A stretch of DNA of 64,000 bases from Botryllus schlosseri (Eukaryota), in contig CM119372.1 of assembly GCA_051294905.1 (NCBI GenBank), positions 12,340,001 through 12,404,000 on the forward strand, written 5' to 3'. The position numbers and the translations under genes are program-made. The notes under the pieces are model-generated. The model did not search any database and had not been told where the DNA came from. It saw only the letters and a program-made list of their open reading frames with translations. Every line of letters starts with the position of its first letter. The stretch's first letter is position 1. Positions 12,601-23,931 of this stretch are shown piece after piece.

Positions 12601-13170
12601 CTCTTGACGTCTCTTTTCTTCTTCTTCTTGAAGTCGTAATTCCTGGAAAATCTGTTCCTCTTCAGATCTTATCTGATCTTCGAAGGCGTCATTTTCTTGT
12701 TGAAAGCGATGCTGGACGTGTTTTTTGTCCATTTCAGCCTTTTTGTCGCGGTGAACATCCCTCGAGTGTTGTAAACTGAGTATTTGAGAGTTACTCATAT
12801 AGCTTGATCCTGTTGCAGTGCTCGAGACAGACGATCGTGATTTCAGTGATTTGGCAAATACCGGTAGGGTTTTTGGCTTGTTTGAGCAGTGGCTCGATGA
12901 CAAGGACGGCCTACCTTTGGTCGGCAGGCTCCTTAGAGTCATAGAATGTGACCTCAGTAACTTTGATTTGTGAATAGTCGACACAGCTGACTTTGACTTT
13001 TTGTTTTCTCTTTGTTTGTCAGTGTTCGACATTCTTTGGATTTGTTCGAGGCCAAAAGAACCACTGCTTGTGCCGGCCTGGGCATTGTTTGATTTATCAT
13101 TACGTACCGGTACCGTAGTTTGCTCTTCAGTCTCCACTAGCAGCAAGTTTGAATTAGCTTCTTCAGCCAT
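9682..13170 (-). CDS. BEL/Pao Gag-aspartic protease polyprotein with truncated Pol relic tail (1162 aa)
   Basis: Basic/Ser-rich N-terminus, E/R coiled coil, Pao capsid-like motif PLEPPIFSGNPSDFNSFMDIFE (DUF1759-like), triple Cys-His knuckles (CIKCKKKHFLNQC; CFSCLQPGHWSDNC; CKYQHCDGKHTTLLH), protease motif AFFDNGSHLSFIS, then short RT/RNase H remnants. Confidence 0.93.
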   Translation of the reverse strand: MAEEANSNLLLVETEEQTTVPVRNDKSNNAQAGTSSGSFGLEQIQRMSNTDKQRENKKSKSAVSTIHKSKLLRSHSMTLRSLPTKGRPSLSSSHCSNKPKTLPVFAKSLKSRSSVSSTATGSSYMSNSQILSLQHSRDVHRDKKAEMDKKHVQHRFQQENDAFEDQIRSEEEQIFQELRLQEEEEKRRQEEEEKRRQEEEMRRQEEEKSRQLELRRREEEDRKRQMGLRRKLEMHRLKALEGRRSLNQRLKNNLQEIDDRTEREKLQSEAQFEEIMIERGLYNGSKSTQIVHQPISSSNSVTVSENANVPLAPVVKPEPQQLREPSMTPNLSETGTSAIFSPLGSSYCSLPIRSVGAMNANSVSARNVSSTSVSSPNTVLSGTNVYCQPPNSVSSNNPIMSNLTNMVATTSPFITLNHKPILDLRSPSGPEVVPSSILASTNNDSCSSANVVHSIAPPVTQPNLLPPLEPPIFSGNPSDFNSFMDIFEITIGNKIINQKQKLVYLMRYTKGPANTLVKSCLHLDANDCYRKALNLLQEMYGQKFRIGPSCLNLISSGPQVKLHDQDGLAILSADLISCVNTLKGINYQSVSLETIDKIALRMPSQWRSGWLSVMDHILHELQCEVKMSDLSAYVRKKVREASNVPPREQSTNNKPVVVRQTKSNFATSVCAGNKGTKDDCGSSCIKCKKKHFLNQCQVFRDMDVTGRRDFVKNNKLCFSCLQPGHWSDNCTREKPCKYQHCDGKHTTLLHVNPVSSDNASEPVVQNSAASTVAQENAPKAQGPVKFNAFAKLPEENVLLNVAPVRVRIRGTNCYIATHAFFDNGSHLSFISENLAKELCLQGGQTEFDLRTLAGLSGYKGNIFDNLELSDFYGTEYAPLTPLVSTDWIGVEDVDIPRQEDVNQFPEFQDLCIPKLASEVGLLIGKENRRLHKPLEVIHGPNDYYATRTFAGWMINCPAKAEVGTKKVFFSKPATNLPKSLYQLCRDFVDSKKNEKQELSQNDKLSLESAEKSMELYNDISLNDGLLQGPDLTKDLVEVSSSVHKHIVGIQGDVRAVIHQAKACEEDKDLFRLQRKKDFPYSEMNSNCTVNNDKYFPKEPIFTISLSFLWWMCITAMWYLANFCNAFKTFVFNQIKAGSNLYRWWNVPSKLNPCRHRLERPFC

Positions 13171-13233
13171 TTTGGTTTTCTTTGTTGATGAAGGTGTTCC
13201 AACGAACAGATTTGAATATTGTCAAAAAACTAA

Positions 13234-13736
13234 TGTAGCCGCAACCCGCAGATCGCGCCACAGGGTGGATTGAAATATCTGGCTGCTTATATTCCCTTTC
13301 GGCACAGAGAAAAAGACTCGCTTTGTTGGTGCGTGTTTTCTATTAAAAATGAAATACAATAAGCATTGGCAAGTATGTACTAAGCTATCAAATACAAAGC
13401 ATCTTACTTGACAATGTGTCTTCCGGGTTTTTTAGTTTATTTTATTTATAGATTTACTTTGACTGTAACAAGATATCAAAACAGTGAGACAATGAATCAA
13501 TTAACCTAACTAGCCCTATTCTAGCAATGCAATAAACCTAACTATTCCTATTCTATTAACTGAACTAATGCCAAAACGATCCTACCACTAACGCACGTGT
13601 ACTAAACGGTGAATTACACCACGATACGTCAGACCTAGTTACCGCTGTGAGGTAACAATGACACTGAGTCCACTTCCTTGTTCGGCGGGAGTGTGAAGGA
13701 GCCACAGCGACACCTTAGGGCCGTACGGCGGCTACA
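13234..13736 (-). repeat. 5' LTR of the BEL/Pao element
   Basis: 503-bp direct repeat of 8931-9433; ORF ATG lies 63 nt downstream on the minus strand. Confidence 0.96.
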
Positions 13737-16700
13737 CACAGTATGAAACGTCATTACGGCCACGAACAAACACTTAAGCAAGACTATATGCTGCAATATG
13801 TTTCGTTACAGTTTTGGTAGGCTACATTTCCCCATGCTATTTATTGTGGAGCAATGAATACCAATTTGACCCTCCAAACAAGCTTGTTCTTCTAGTTAAA
13901 TTTAAATCCACCAAATGGTAATATAATTGTATCAATGTATCAAGCAATTTCCTTTTTGTTACTCAATCAACCGATAGCTCTATATACGTAGACCATGGAT
14001 ACGGATACTAACTCGTGACTATTTTTTTAATTAACGAAATGTAGCGATATCATTTTCGCGTTGATTTCCCTGAATGATCGACTTGGTAGAAATCTGAGTT
14101 GTGTGCATAGTATACCAGACCCGCCACATACCGACTGCCACATTTACAGAAATATAAATTTAGACGTCCCTCAGCATTCGATAACACACTTCGGATCTTG
14201 TGGAAAAACGTAACTCATTGAAACGGAGAATATTTGGATATTGTATGGGTAGTATCATTTCGACTTTCCAATTTCGATAGCGAAGTGATACGTTCCACCG
14301 TTGCAACACCAATGGTTTATAAGTTTGAGTCTGACGCAGATCGACTCCTGATTCCCTAAGTATTGGAAGTTTATGTAGGCTAAGGCTCCTACTCACCATC
14401 CGATACGCGTTAGCGGTTTCTTACGAAAGCCTAGAACGAAAGTTGGTCTTGCTATGACTCAACTGCTCGGAATTCATACATAAAATTAATTTTATCCGCA
14501 TGGTGTAAAACGACCAAGTTGTCGGCACCATGAATATTGAACAACAAAAATACCACGAATATACTTCTAAACATTAAATAATATTTTTTCGACCATCCTC
14601 GGGTTACCATTACATAGCAAAGTTAATTAATCGATTTATTGTAATAATTATGTAAAATATCTGCGTAGTATATGTACTTTACTACATATAGCGTGCAGTA
14701 TGAATTATCGCTTATGCTGTTCCCGCTGGCGTGACCCGAGTCAATAATAAGACAGTGATTAGGTCAAGACAACGACATTTCGCATTCCTGGATACAGTCC
14801 AACTCCCAATTCTTAAATCCTAATTAGCATGTCTGATTAGGTGCTGTGAACATAAATAGATTCGTTCCATACAAGGAGCGAGAAAGTTGACAGCAGCAAA
14901 TTAATGACCGGCGACAACTCAATGTGACGTAGCCTAGTGACGGATGGTTTACTATACCTTATGAATGTAGTCGTCATGATATTCGGCGTAATGCAGTAAC
15001 GAACTGCGCTGTCGTCCAAAAGCATGTATATGTAGCAGAATCGTGCCGTATTTACAAAGCCTTGCCGGTCTTGCGAATGCTGGGGGCTAGATTCGCCACG
15101 TAGTCGTCAACAGCTCAACATCGCCTCATGCGACTACCTAAATTAGCATAGCAACTGTAAGTGGCAGGTCACAGAGCTCGACTCAGCAGTATGAAGCCTT
15201 GCGTGATACTACGACTAGTCAAGTTTATAGTAATATGGGGGCATTCGAATAAATATATATATGAGAGAAATGGAGATCCTCTCACTAAAAACGTTTTATA
15301 GGCTTGCTGTTTTAGACTACATTGTCAGCGACTCCCCGTGTCTTTTTGGAGGAAACAAATTTCATATTAACTTTTCAAATAACAGTTATAATGACCATGA
15401 CAGAATTTGCCACGCCCGTGTATTGGTAGGCGGTAACGGGTCACCGACCTTAAAATGTTCAAATATGGAAATCTGTTAATTAATGCATATCTATTCCGTA
15501 TAAGATTACTAACAAATTAATTGTACCGAGGTAAATGACAGCTCGCCATATCGCTGTCACGGAAGCCGCAATGAACTGCGGCAGGTCATGCGAACAAGCA
15601 ATCATGAGACTTATTATATTTGTAAATATCGAGCAACCGGCGCATTTGCCCATCATTGTTATTATTACTCGATTCTTCAGGCCGATTTTTAAGCCTAATA
15701 AATGTCAATTTAGTGTTAACTTAATGAGGCTACATTAACGTAAGATTATGCGAGCATACAATACACTTGCTTGCATGGTCATTGGTCACTATAAATCGAT
15801 TGAGTTTCGTGTCGATGAACGTTACCATTGCATCATCGAAAGTAGGATTGAAATGATTTCAAACGTCAAAATATTCGTGCCGTTTGCACGATTAATGATA
15901 AATCATTTTTAGTGAATTAGGACCAGAATCTATCAGGTATCAACTGTATATCCTAGTTGACTGAAACATTCTCTACCATAGTGCCGATTTCGGGCAACGG
16001 GCGTAAATGTGTTTATCTATCGACTGACAAAAGGCATTCAAATCTGCTGTGATATATGATACAACATTTGCGGTTTCACAAATTAACAATCAATCAAATA
16101 TGAAGGACAAATCGGAAACAAGCGATCGGGAATTCTTCTTTGAATTCATCAAACCAATTTATGTGGATTGTTTATAAGCGCTGTTCCACGTGATAATTAT
16201 TTGTAGTCTCCTGAGCATTTCCAGTTGTTTAAGAAGTTTCAGGAGGCGAGGGGCGCTCCTAGAAAATAGGTACCATGTCCATCAAATCGCTGATAAATGT
16301 AATTCCCATGATATCTGATTTAATTGGTCATGCAGGTCGAAAAGCATTGACATTCAGAATTCTTGATGAAGATGTTCATTTAGATATCAGAAATTGTAGA
16401 AATATTGCATGCATAGTTTCTCACTGGTAACACTCTTTAAAATAGCATATAGCAATAGACCCGTACGGGTGCTATATTTTTCAGTCCTTGCCATTCCTTG
16501 ATAAACACTGAAGGACTATTTCAAAGTTACATCATGTTATCATCACCCACGCCTATATGAGTGAGATGCATGTGACACCCGGAACGGGTGACTGGCATGA
16601 AAATTCGGTGTTCTGTCAAGTACAACCCCGGCGATGTCAATATACTGGATGACTCATATGTGTAGCAAATGTGTTGTGAATTCCGCAAAGAGCACTGGGC

Positions 16701-17634
16701 CAACGCTTATTCGAGCTCTCCCTGCGTTGATATCGGTCCGATTTGCGCATCGGTAGCCTACGTGTAAAACAAGTTGGCTTATCGAATATAGAGTGTAGTA
16801 TCAGAGGAAACGCATCATATCTATCCATAATCATTCGACGGAAGAGACGGACATCTCTGGGGCAACGCTAAATTATGTCATCTAATCAACGGACATGCGC
16901 GTCACTGTGGATTCCGTTGTCGCAGAAAGGAATTTCTCATGTTTTCAGGCTTCAAGAATGCTGGAGAATACCAAGGAACGCATAAGCGGATGTTATTTAT
17001 GACTTTGACGAATCGGACATGGCAATTCACAGTAGAACAGGATGTCAAATTGGTCAATATATGACAGCTGTAGTATGTCTCGCCTTTCCTGTGATTGTGG
17101 AAGGGATTTTAGGGATTACGTGATATCAAGTTTTCACGATGCTCACCACTCAACTGCCGAGAGGCTCGGATTGAAATTGTATATGACAGTCGATTGCGTG
17201 CACCGATTGGTGAAGTAGTTCCGGTTTGTGGATGATTCTGAAATCCGTTTCCTATGACTACTGCGCTCGTACTGTGAAAAGATACACCTCTCGATTCATC
17301 TATTTGCTGGACATAGACAACGATGATATCTCATTCAGTTTACGTGCCTAGGAGAAAATGGATTTCATCTGTGAGATAAATAAAATCTTTCAAAAACATT
17401 TGATTTTGAGTTACGAGATCAAATTGGCATAATTACACGCAAATTGCTTTAACAGCTTAAATCTTATGTCGCACAGATTGAATTCAAAGTAAGCTTGGTC
17501 CCGGACTGTAACAAACCATGGTATGAAATCCGAATCCTGACTCTCCTTATTGTATCGTTAAGCGTGCAGCCATACTCATGCTTTCATGATCTGATCATCT
17601 TCAGTGTTTCCCAAACCTTTTTTTACTTAACGGC

Positions 17635-17991
17635 TAGGGCCGGGCTCAATGATTCGAGTACTCGAATCTGAATCGAGCATTAATTTTAATGATTCGAGTC
17701 GAGCAGTAAAAGACGATTTTTTCGAGTACTGAAATTATACGCTGCTCGCCACTGAAAGTTAATGATCATCCGACAGCATTGTCACAAAGTGCAATGAAAT
17801 CGGTATAATCGAAAAAATACCGAAGTATCTCAGCCATTATATTCTTTGTGGCGGCATAAAGGGTACATATTTTAAATCTGACATATTACATTATGTTATG
17901 GCGTCATGATGAGTGATACTCGAATACTCGACTCGACTCGAAGCGAGATTTAGAATCGAATCACTCAGGTACTCGATTTTGCTCAGCCCTA
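17635..17991. mobile_element. hAT-like MITE (TAGGGC termini, ACTCGA subterminal repeats)
   Basis: TAGGGCCGGGC...GCTCAGCCCTA termini; same family as 53458-53883; inserted just inside another CAGTGTTTCCCAAAC end at 17602; TSD degenerate. Confidence 0.65.
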
Positions 17992-18346
17992 CTGAAGGCC
18001 GCTGGGCCGCAATCCAGGTATAGAACGCCCCCCCAAACTCCTTCTACCCCCGGCAACAATTATTTGGTTCATTGCACAGTCCCTGCATTGTCGCGTATAC
18101 TTTTTGTGCTGACCTAATTTATTGGTACGCTATGTCGCAGTCACATTTTCTACGAATCCTAGGACAGACACAATCAGTGAAAACAATCGTGCAAGGCAAT
18201 TTTTCTTCCAAAACATCGTACTTCGTTTTGGTGCGATATGCGCTTAAATCTTCATGTTCCTCGTTGTACAATGTACATGTGTTCGAATGTGTGCTCATAA
18301 CTTGCGATCAATAAGTGTCGCTAAATACTTGGTCTATTCATAGTGT

Positions 18347-19878
18347 TAGGGTTAGCATACGTCCTTCTTTAGGAGGCTTTGTCCTCCTTTTTCGGGTTTT
18401 TGAAAATGTCCTCCGAGGACGCCTAAATGTCCTTCTTGTTGGCAATTCGTCTCGTCCTTCTTTACATGCTTTAGAGCAGAGGTCTCAAACACGCGGCCCG
18501 CCAGAGCATTTTGTGCTGCCCGCGACGACATTTTAGATTTTTATTAATTTGACAATATATCAGTGTCACATATATCTTTTCAGGTTATAAAGTGAAAATT
18601 CCCTCTTAAATTGCTCCGAAAGCCTGAAAATATTCATCAAACTTCACTATCACATCAATTGCAAACGCTACCATCCAGTGGAAGATTCACTATTTCGCCA
18701 CATTTCCACATCATGATGACAAAACCTGACCCTTAGACGATTCGTGACTGATATTTGTGAGTTGGACTTGGACGCGACCTTTCTTAGAATTACTCACACT
18801 CGGGATAACTCGATGGCAAAATGAAAATGACTCGAGTGGACTCAGAGTGACTCGGATACCGTGAATTTGTTAGAACCATGAACGCAACAAACTAAACGCG
18901 TATCAGGGGAATAGTAATAGATGAGAAAGTCGCAGCTTGGTATTTCGCGAACTAAGCAAGTAGTTATGACAACCATTGGCAATCTGTTAGTTACATCTTT
19001 GGTCGCTAAACCATGTTATTAAGGCCATTTAAAGGTACCGAGTACCGTAGTGGTACGCGCCAACGACGTAACAAAAATGGGCCGTTCGGCGTTCCGACAT
19101 TTCAATCACTAGGACACATTCATTAATATATTTATGTTTTTTGTCTGCTCCTATTTGAAGATATTTGGCCGTGAGAAGAATAGCTTACTTTTCAGAAGCA
19201 TACCCAATTCCTGGATTGGAATTACAACGCTCAACTTAAAAAAAAATTGCTATCAGATCATAGTCTCTATAATCAATCTGTTAAATTCAAAATATTCATA
19301 GTAGCTGCAAAATTATAACCCGATAGCTTTTATGATGGCATCATACATTTGTCCGCCCATATGGTGTCTATATCTTATAATTAATATATATCAAGTACAA
19401 CAACAATTCTATTCAAATAGTTAAAAATGCGATAATTCTTTTCGTGCCAGGCCTGAATTGATACAAGAGTAAATCACATTTTGACGATGTGTGTTTACTG
19501 TCAGTCTGCTGGATCGGCTCACTTTCAATAGGAAAATTCACTCTCGCTAAATAAGGCCTACTTGGAAAGATATATAATACCCCTATAAATGCTGCGGCCC
19601 GCGGCGTTGTCAAAACTGGAAAACTGGCCCGCGAGCGCATTTGAGTTTGAGACCTCTGCTTTAGAGCAAATATAGAGGACAGATTGTAGTGAGAATGGGT
19701 ATAAATAGGAAATTCGTCGTTCGAACGAATGCGACGACCCTCTTTTTTTTGTTTTTTAGTCAACCGATCGCGAAGTGGAGAAAATTTACTATTTTTTCAA
19801 AATTTTTCTCCGGTATTCTAAGTTTGAAAATTTTGAAAAAGAGTCCTCCTTTCCCGATTCCAAAATATGGTAACCCTA
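18347..19878. mobile_element. hAT MITE (TAGGGTTACCATA termini)
   Basis: TIR TAGGGTTAGCATA / TATGGTAACCCTA (12/13); perfect TSD CATAGTGT (18339-18346, 19879-19886); a solitary right end of the same family lies at ~4990-5133. Confidence 0.9.
18477..19658. mobile_element. hAT (Charlie-like) MITE nested in 18347-19878
   Basis: Perfect 14-bp TIR CAGAGGTCTCAAAC / GTTTGAGACCTCTG; perfect TSD CTTTAGAG (18469-18476, 19659-19666). Confidence 0.93.
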
Positions 19879-20215
19879 CATAGTGTCCTAAATGGGGTGG
19901 ACACAGCCAGATTGAACGGTTCAGTGCATTTCGGATACGTCTCAATTTCCATTTGGCCAAAGGCAATTTTACGACCATTTTTGACTTGCTTGCCGAGCGC
20001 TAAATTTGATAAATGGGTATCAATGAAAAGCTGCTACTGTACTGATTACGAAAATTTAAATTTTATCTGCTCATGGCCCTGGAACCCCGAAAACCCAAAT
20101 CGAAACCCAAATACAGCCTCGAATTTTGAATTCTGATCGAGGTATACATTGTGACGCAATAACACAGTCTGGCTCCTGCTCTTGAGCTGCACTCTCGCAT
20201 ATATGATCAAAATAC

Positions 20216-20530
20216 GGTAGCCCCACATATGAGCATGCGACACAATGGAAAACGACAGTTGAGCATGGGTCACTTTAGCATGGTTCACTTCAGCATGTGA
20301 CTTTATAACCCCAAAACTAACCCTAACCCGAAACATAACCCTGAAATTAACCGATATATATAACCCAATCCCAAGCCTTACTCCAACCCAGCCCTTAACC
20401 CAACCCTAACCCACCGCTAACCCTTAATTTAACCCACATGCTCATGTGTCGCATGTTCATGTCCAATTGTCGCATGCCGCAGCGTTGCATGCTTTAATGA
20501 CGCATGCTCATTGCTCATATGTTCACGGGT
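20216..20530. mobile_element. Small foldback element with central (TAACCC)-like array and 9-bp flanking direct repeat (Mutator-like MITE inferred)
   Basis: TCAAAATAC flanks both sides (20207-20215, 20531-20539); inverted subterminal ACATATGAGCA / TGCTCATATGT and repeated AGCATG/CATGCT; central TAACCC units. Confidence 0.6.
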
Positions 20531-21353
20531 TCAAAATACAACTTAAACATTATAATTATCAATTTACGTATGAGAAAATCTACGGCTATTATTATTCCAT
20601 TTACAAAGCATAAACGGATTGATTGCTATTTCAAAGTCTTCATTATGCGCGGTGCATAATGCATACCAGATGTCCATTGTGAGCAAGTTACCGGCAACAA
20701 AGGCGAGCTGTTCCCAAATCTGGATCATGTACGTCACCAAGCGGTCATGATTGTGGCAAAATTTAATCAAGCAAAAGATAGGTACTTCAGGCATACGTAA
20801 CTGAAATATGTCTATTAATTGGGTGTCTACCTTTAAAATACGTTATTGGCCGAGACTGACGTGATACTTGAAAGCCCGGCAAAAAAGGCTCCTAAGTTGT
20901 CTGTACGGCTCATACTCATAAGAGACGACAATCCTCTGTACCAAAGCTACGAGTTCCTAGTTACATCGTGAAAGCCATGAAGACCAGCGTCCACTCTATT
21001 TGTTTTCCAGAAATCAATGATATCAGGAAATCACAAAATTCATGTAGGCCTATCAGCTCGATTGTGGTCAGTGTTCCACTGTGTGCCCTCGCTCTCGACC
21101 TATTGTAGGATTAGCGCGTGTAGGTCTATCAGTAGGAAAGGACGCAGTTTGTTTTTGTCCTTGATATTTTGCGGCATACACACCGACTCATGATATACAT
21201 ACACACGATCTGTGCATAAGAATACCATGAGTATAAATTGTTATTTTGTGTCAGAAAATTCAGTAGGATGAGAAGATGAACCCTCTCATGAACTTTGATT
21301 TCCAACATAGGCTACTTCCTGCGCATTTCAGTAAATAAAATATATAATACAGT

Positions 21354-23121
21354 CATGACCGTAACTGCCGCACCCCAAACCCCCCAATTGGGGGGGGGGG
21401 GCGAGCTCGAAGGGAGCCCAAAATTATTTCGAGAATTAGCATAAATTATAGAGTATTTTTCAAAAATTTATGCAACTTTCTCAAAAATTTCGAGTCGCGA
21501 TTTCGAGTTGCCAAGTTTCTTAATTATTTGGTACTCTTCCACAAGACAAAATACGCGAGATTGATCGAAATGGACATATCGGCGAGACATATAAGGTTTT
21601 AGGACATGTAACATGCGACTCCAACAAGTGTGTCAGAACGATCGGCAGCGAGAAAATCTGGGCCAAAAAGGACTGTTCTTACGCTGACCGCAAACTTCGT
21701 GATATATCATCATCATCATCGTCATTGGTTTATTAGCAATTTTATCAGTTCAATACACCACAAAAAATGCGATACAATGAAAAGACAGGAAGATGTCGAA
21801 GCGACAAGGAGTAGTCTATGGAATCTGACACCCACCTTGGCCTCGAGGCGATGTAAAGAGGAGGCATGCACACTGAATGAAAGTAAAGAAGATAGTATAG
21901 AAAAAGAAAGCGACAAGAAATAGGGCGGCATGTCATGGGAAGTGAGATCGATAGGTCAGTCGTGGTCCGGTAATCTTGAGGATGGACTGTATTTATTTAG
22001 TAGTAATTGCTTGTATTTCGACTTGAATGTGGACATGCTCGTCGACTGTCGGATGGCCGGCGGGATACTGTTCCACACATCAGGTCCGGCATATTTGAAA
22101 GAGCGATGATCTTTTCGGTCGATCATATGATATTTGGACGACGTGGACGCACGTGTGTTGTACTTGTGCGCTTTTGATTCCGAGGTAAAGAAGTCATTGA
22201 AATATTCAGGGCAACGACCGCAGTGGAGCTGATACCTAAACTTGGCGATTTCTAGTCTCCGCATATCTTCTATGTTTAGGACGCAAAATACATATAGATG
22301 TAGCCTAATTGTCCATAGGCGCCTAAATGACTGGCGCCGAATGTTCCTGTCTTGGCAATCTGAACCTCAGAAGACAAATACCATTACGCAGCGAAAAATT
22401 ATATGCCAATGAAGAAATACCAATTTGAAATCGTGTGCGTCGTTAGTTTAGTACGGTTGGGCGATTCTGTAATTTTTGATATAACAGACAGGAGATCACG
22501 AAATGACATCATTCAGCTGTACCGGCAAATTTGATAAAGTGAGCAGAGAGGACAAGAAATTGATAGCAATATATGCAATTCCCGATATTATTGACCGATT
22601 TTATCATTAATTATCGAAAATTTTCGCACCTCGCGCTGGCTCACTAAACGGTGGCACTTATATTTCGTGACAAAAGCGAACAACGTGATGGGGGGGTCGG
22701 TTTATCACCCTAATGGGAGCCCAAGATCCAAGTTTTATTGGGGGGCCTGGCTAAGTGCTGTTTCGTTCCTGCGAACAGGTATACGCCCGAAGATGTTTAA
22801 TTATTATTGAGGGGTCCTACCTTTTCAAACACACCTCACCCAGCTCTACCGGTAAATCTGATTACGTGGGCAGAGAGAGGATAAACAGTGATAACAATAT
22901 ATATCCAATTCCCGATCATATTGACCGATTCAATCATGAATTTTTTCACGCGTCTAGACTATACTAGCTCACCCACTAAACGGACGCTTAACACAGATGA
23001 TAAGTAGAGGTAAACATCGTATAGCCAAGGGGGGTCTGAAGTTCGGGTTATCACCCTATGGGGGGCCCAAGACCATCGTTTTTTTTTGGGGGGGGGCTGA
23101 CGAAGTGCTGTTACGGCCCTG
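21354..23121. mobile_element. hAT (Tip100-like) non-autonomous element interrupted by a LINE fragment
   Basis: TIR CATGACCGTAAC / GTTACGGCCCTG (10/12); perfect TSD AATACAGT (21346-21353, 23122-23129); related segments at ~7434-8350, ~26352, ~27060-27240 and ~63300-63750. Confidence 0.85.
21706..22285 (-). mobile_element. 5'-truncated LINE (CR1/L2-group-like) ORF2 C-terminus, 3' UTR and (TGA)n tail
   Basis: ORF 21956-22264 ends ...HKYNTR...SFKYAGPDVWNSIPPAIRQSTSMSTFKSKYKQLLL, typical of CR1/L2/Crack-group ORF2 ends; followed on the minus strand by AATAAA and (GAT)n. Confidence 0.85.
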
Positions 23122-23931
23122 AATACAGTTTACATAGAATTCGAGAATAGTTATTCCGAACTTTACTGTGATGAATATCAATCACGTTTTAATGTGCATT
23201 TGCAAGATTTAGTATAAGAGCGGGTTTATGGGCCCCAGCCGCTAATCTGTCATCTGCGTTCTTTGTGATTAAACACAAACCATGCGTTGCGAACAAATCG
23301 CCAACGTCACATAGAAATCGACTACCACCGACTTCGAGGTTTCTGACAAGATTTCCATTCAAGCAATTCAAGGATATTTGATTCCATCGCAAAGTGTACC
23401 GAACCAATATCACGAAAATGCAACAACTCACTACCGCAATGTCTCCTACTTCCGATTTACCATCTACCATCCATTCCGGACCCTAACTATGAATCCCACA
23501 TGAAGTTGGCTTACCTACCCATAGCCAGAGTATATCCGAACGAAAGACAACTTGACCATAGCTCACTGCAATGTTCCTGCCAAAAATTGACTCGACGATG
23601 CGGATGCCTACAGAAGATATATTTTCCAAGTAAAATTTCTTTTCGCAATGCCAACTTCATCAATACCAAACTACAGCAATAAAATACACGTCTATGCTAT
23701 AAGATTTTAAACTTGTCAGGAATATTCGCTAATGAACTGCGCGCGAAGCGAACACTACGGCGATCATACTTATAAGCACAAAGAGAAATGATTGTGAACA
23801 TCGTTGCATCCTGGCCTATGTAAAAGTGCGACAAAACGCGACGTAATCTCTGATGAATACTGAAGAGTACCAATATGCGTTCTAGTGAGAAAAAAAAAGA
23901 AAAATACCCTAAACGCATTAGTGAAAACAAG

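Larger units (their letters stand above)
8931..13736 (-). mobile_element. BEL/Pao (Belpaoviridae) LTR retrotransposon, non-autonomous (gag-protease intact, pol collapsed)
   Basis: Two 503-bp LTRs (8931-9433, 13234-13736), TG...CA ends with 9-bp inverted termini TGTAGCCGC/GCGGCTACA; 5-bp TSD CACAG (8926-8930, 13737-13741); PPT-like AAGGGGCCAGGA abutting the 3' LTR on the minus strand; Pao-type ORF. Confidence 0.96.

Noticed and set aside
9682..13170. Domesticated host gene interpretation of the Gag ORF
   Set aside because: Identical LTRs and an intact TSD indicate a recent insertion, not an old fixed gene.
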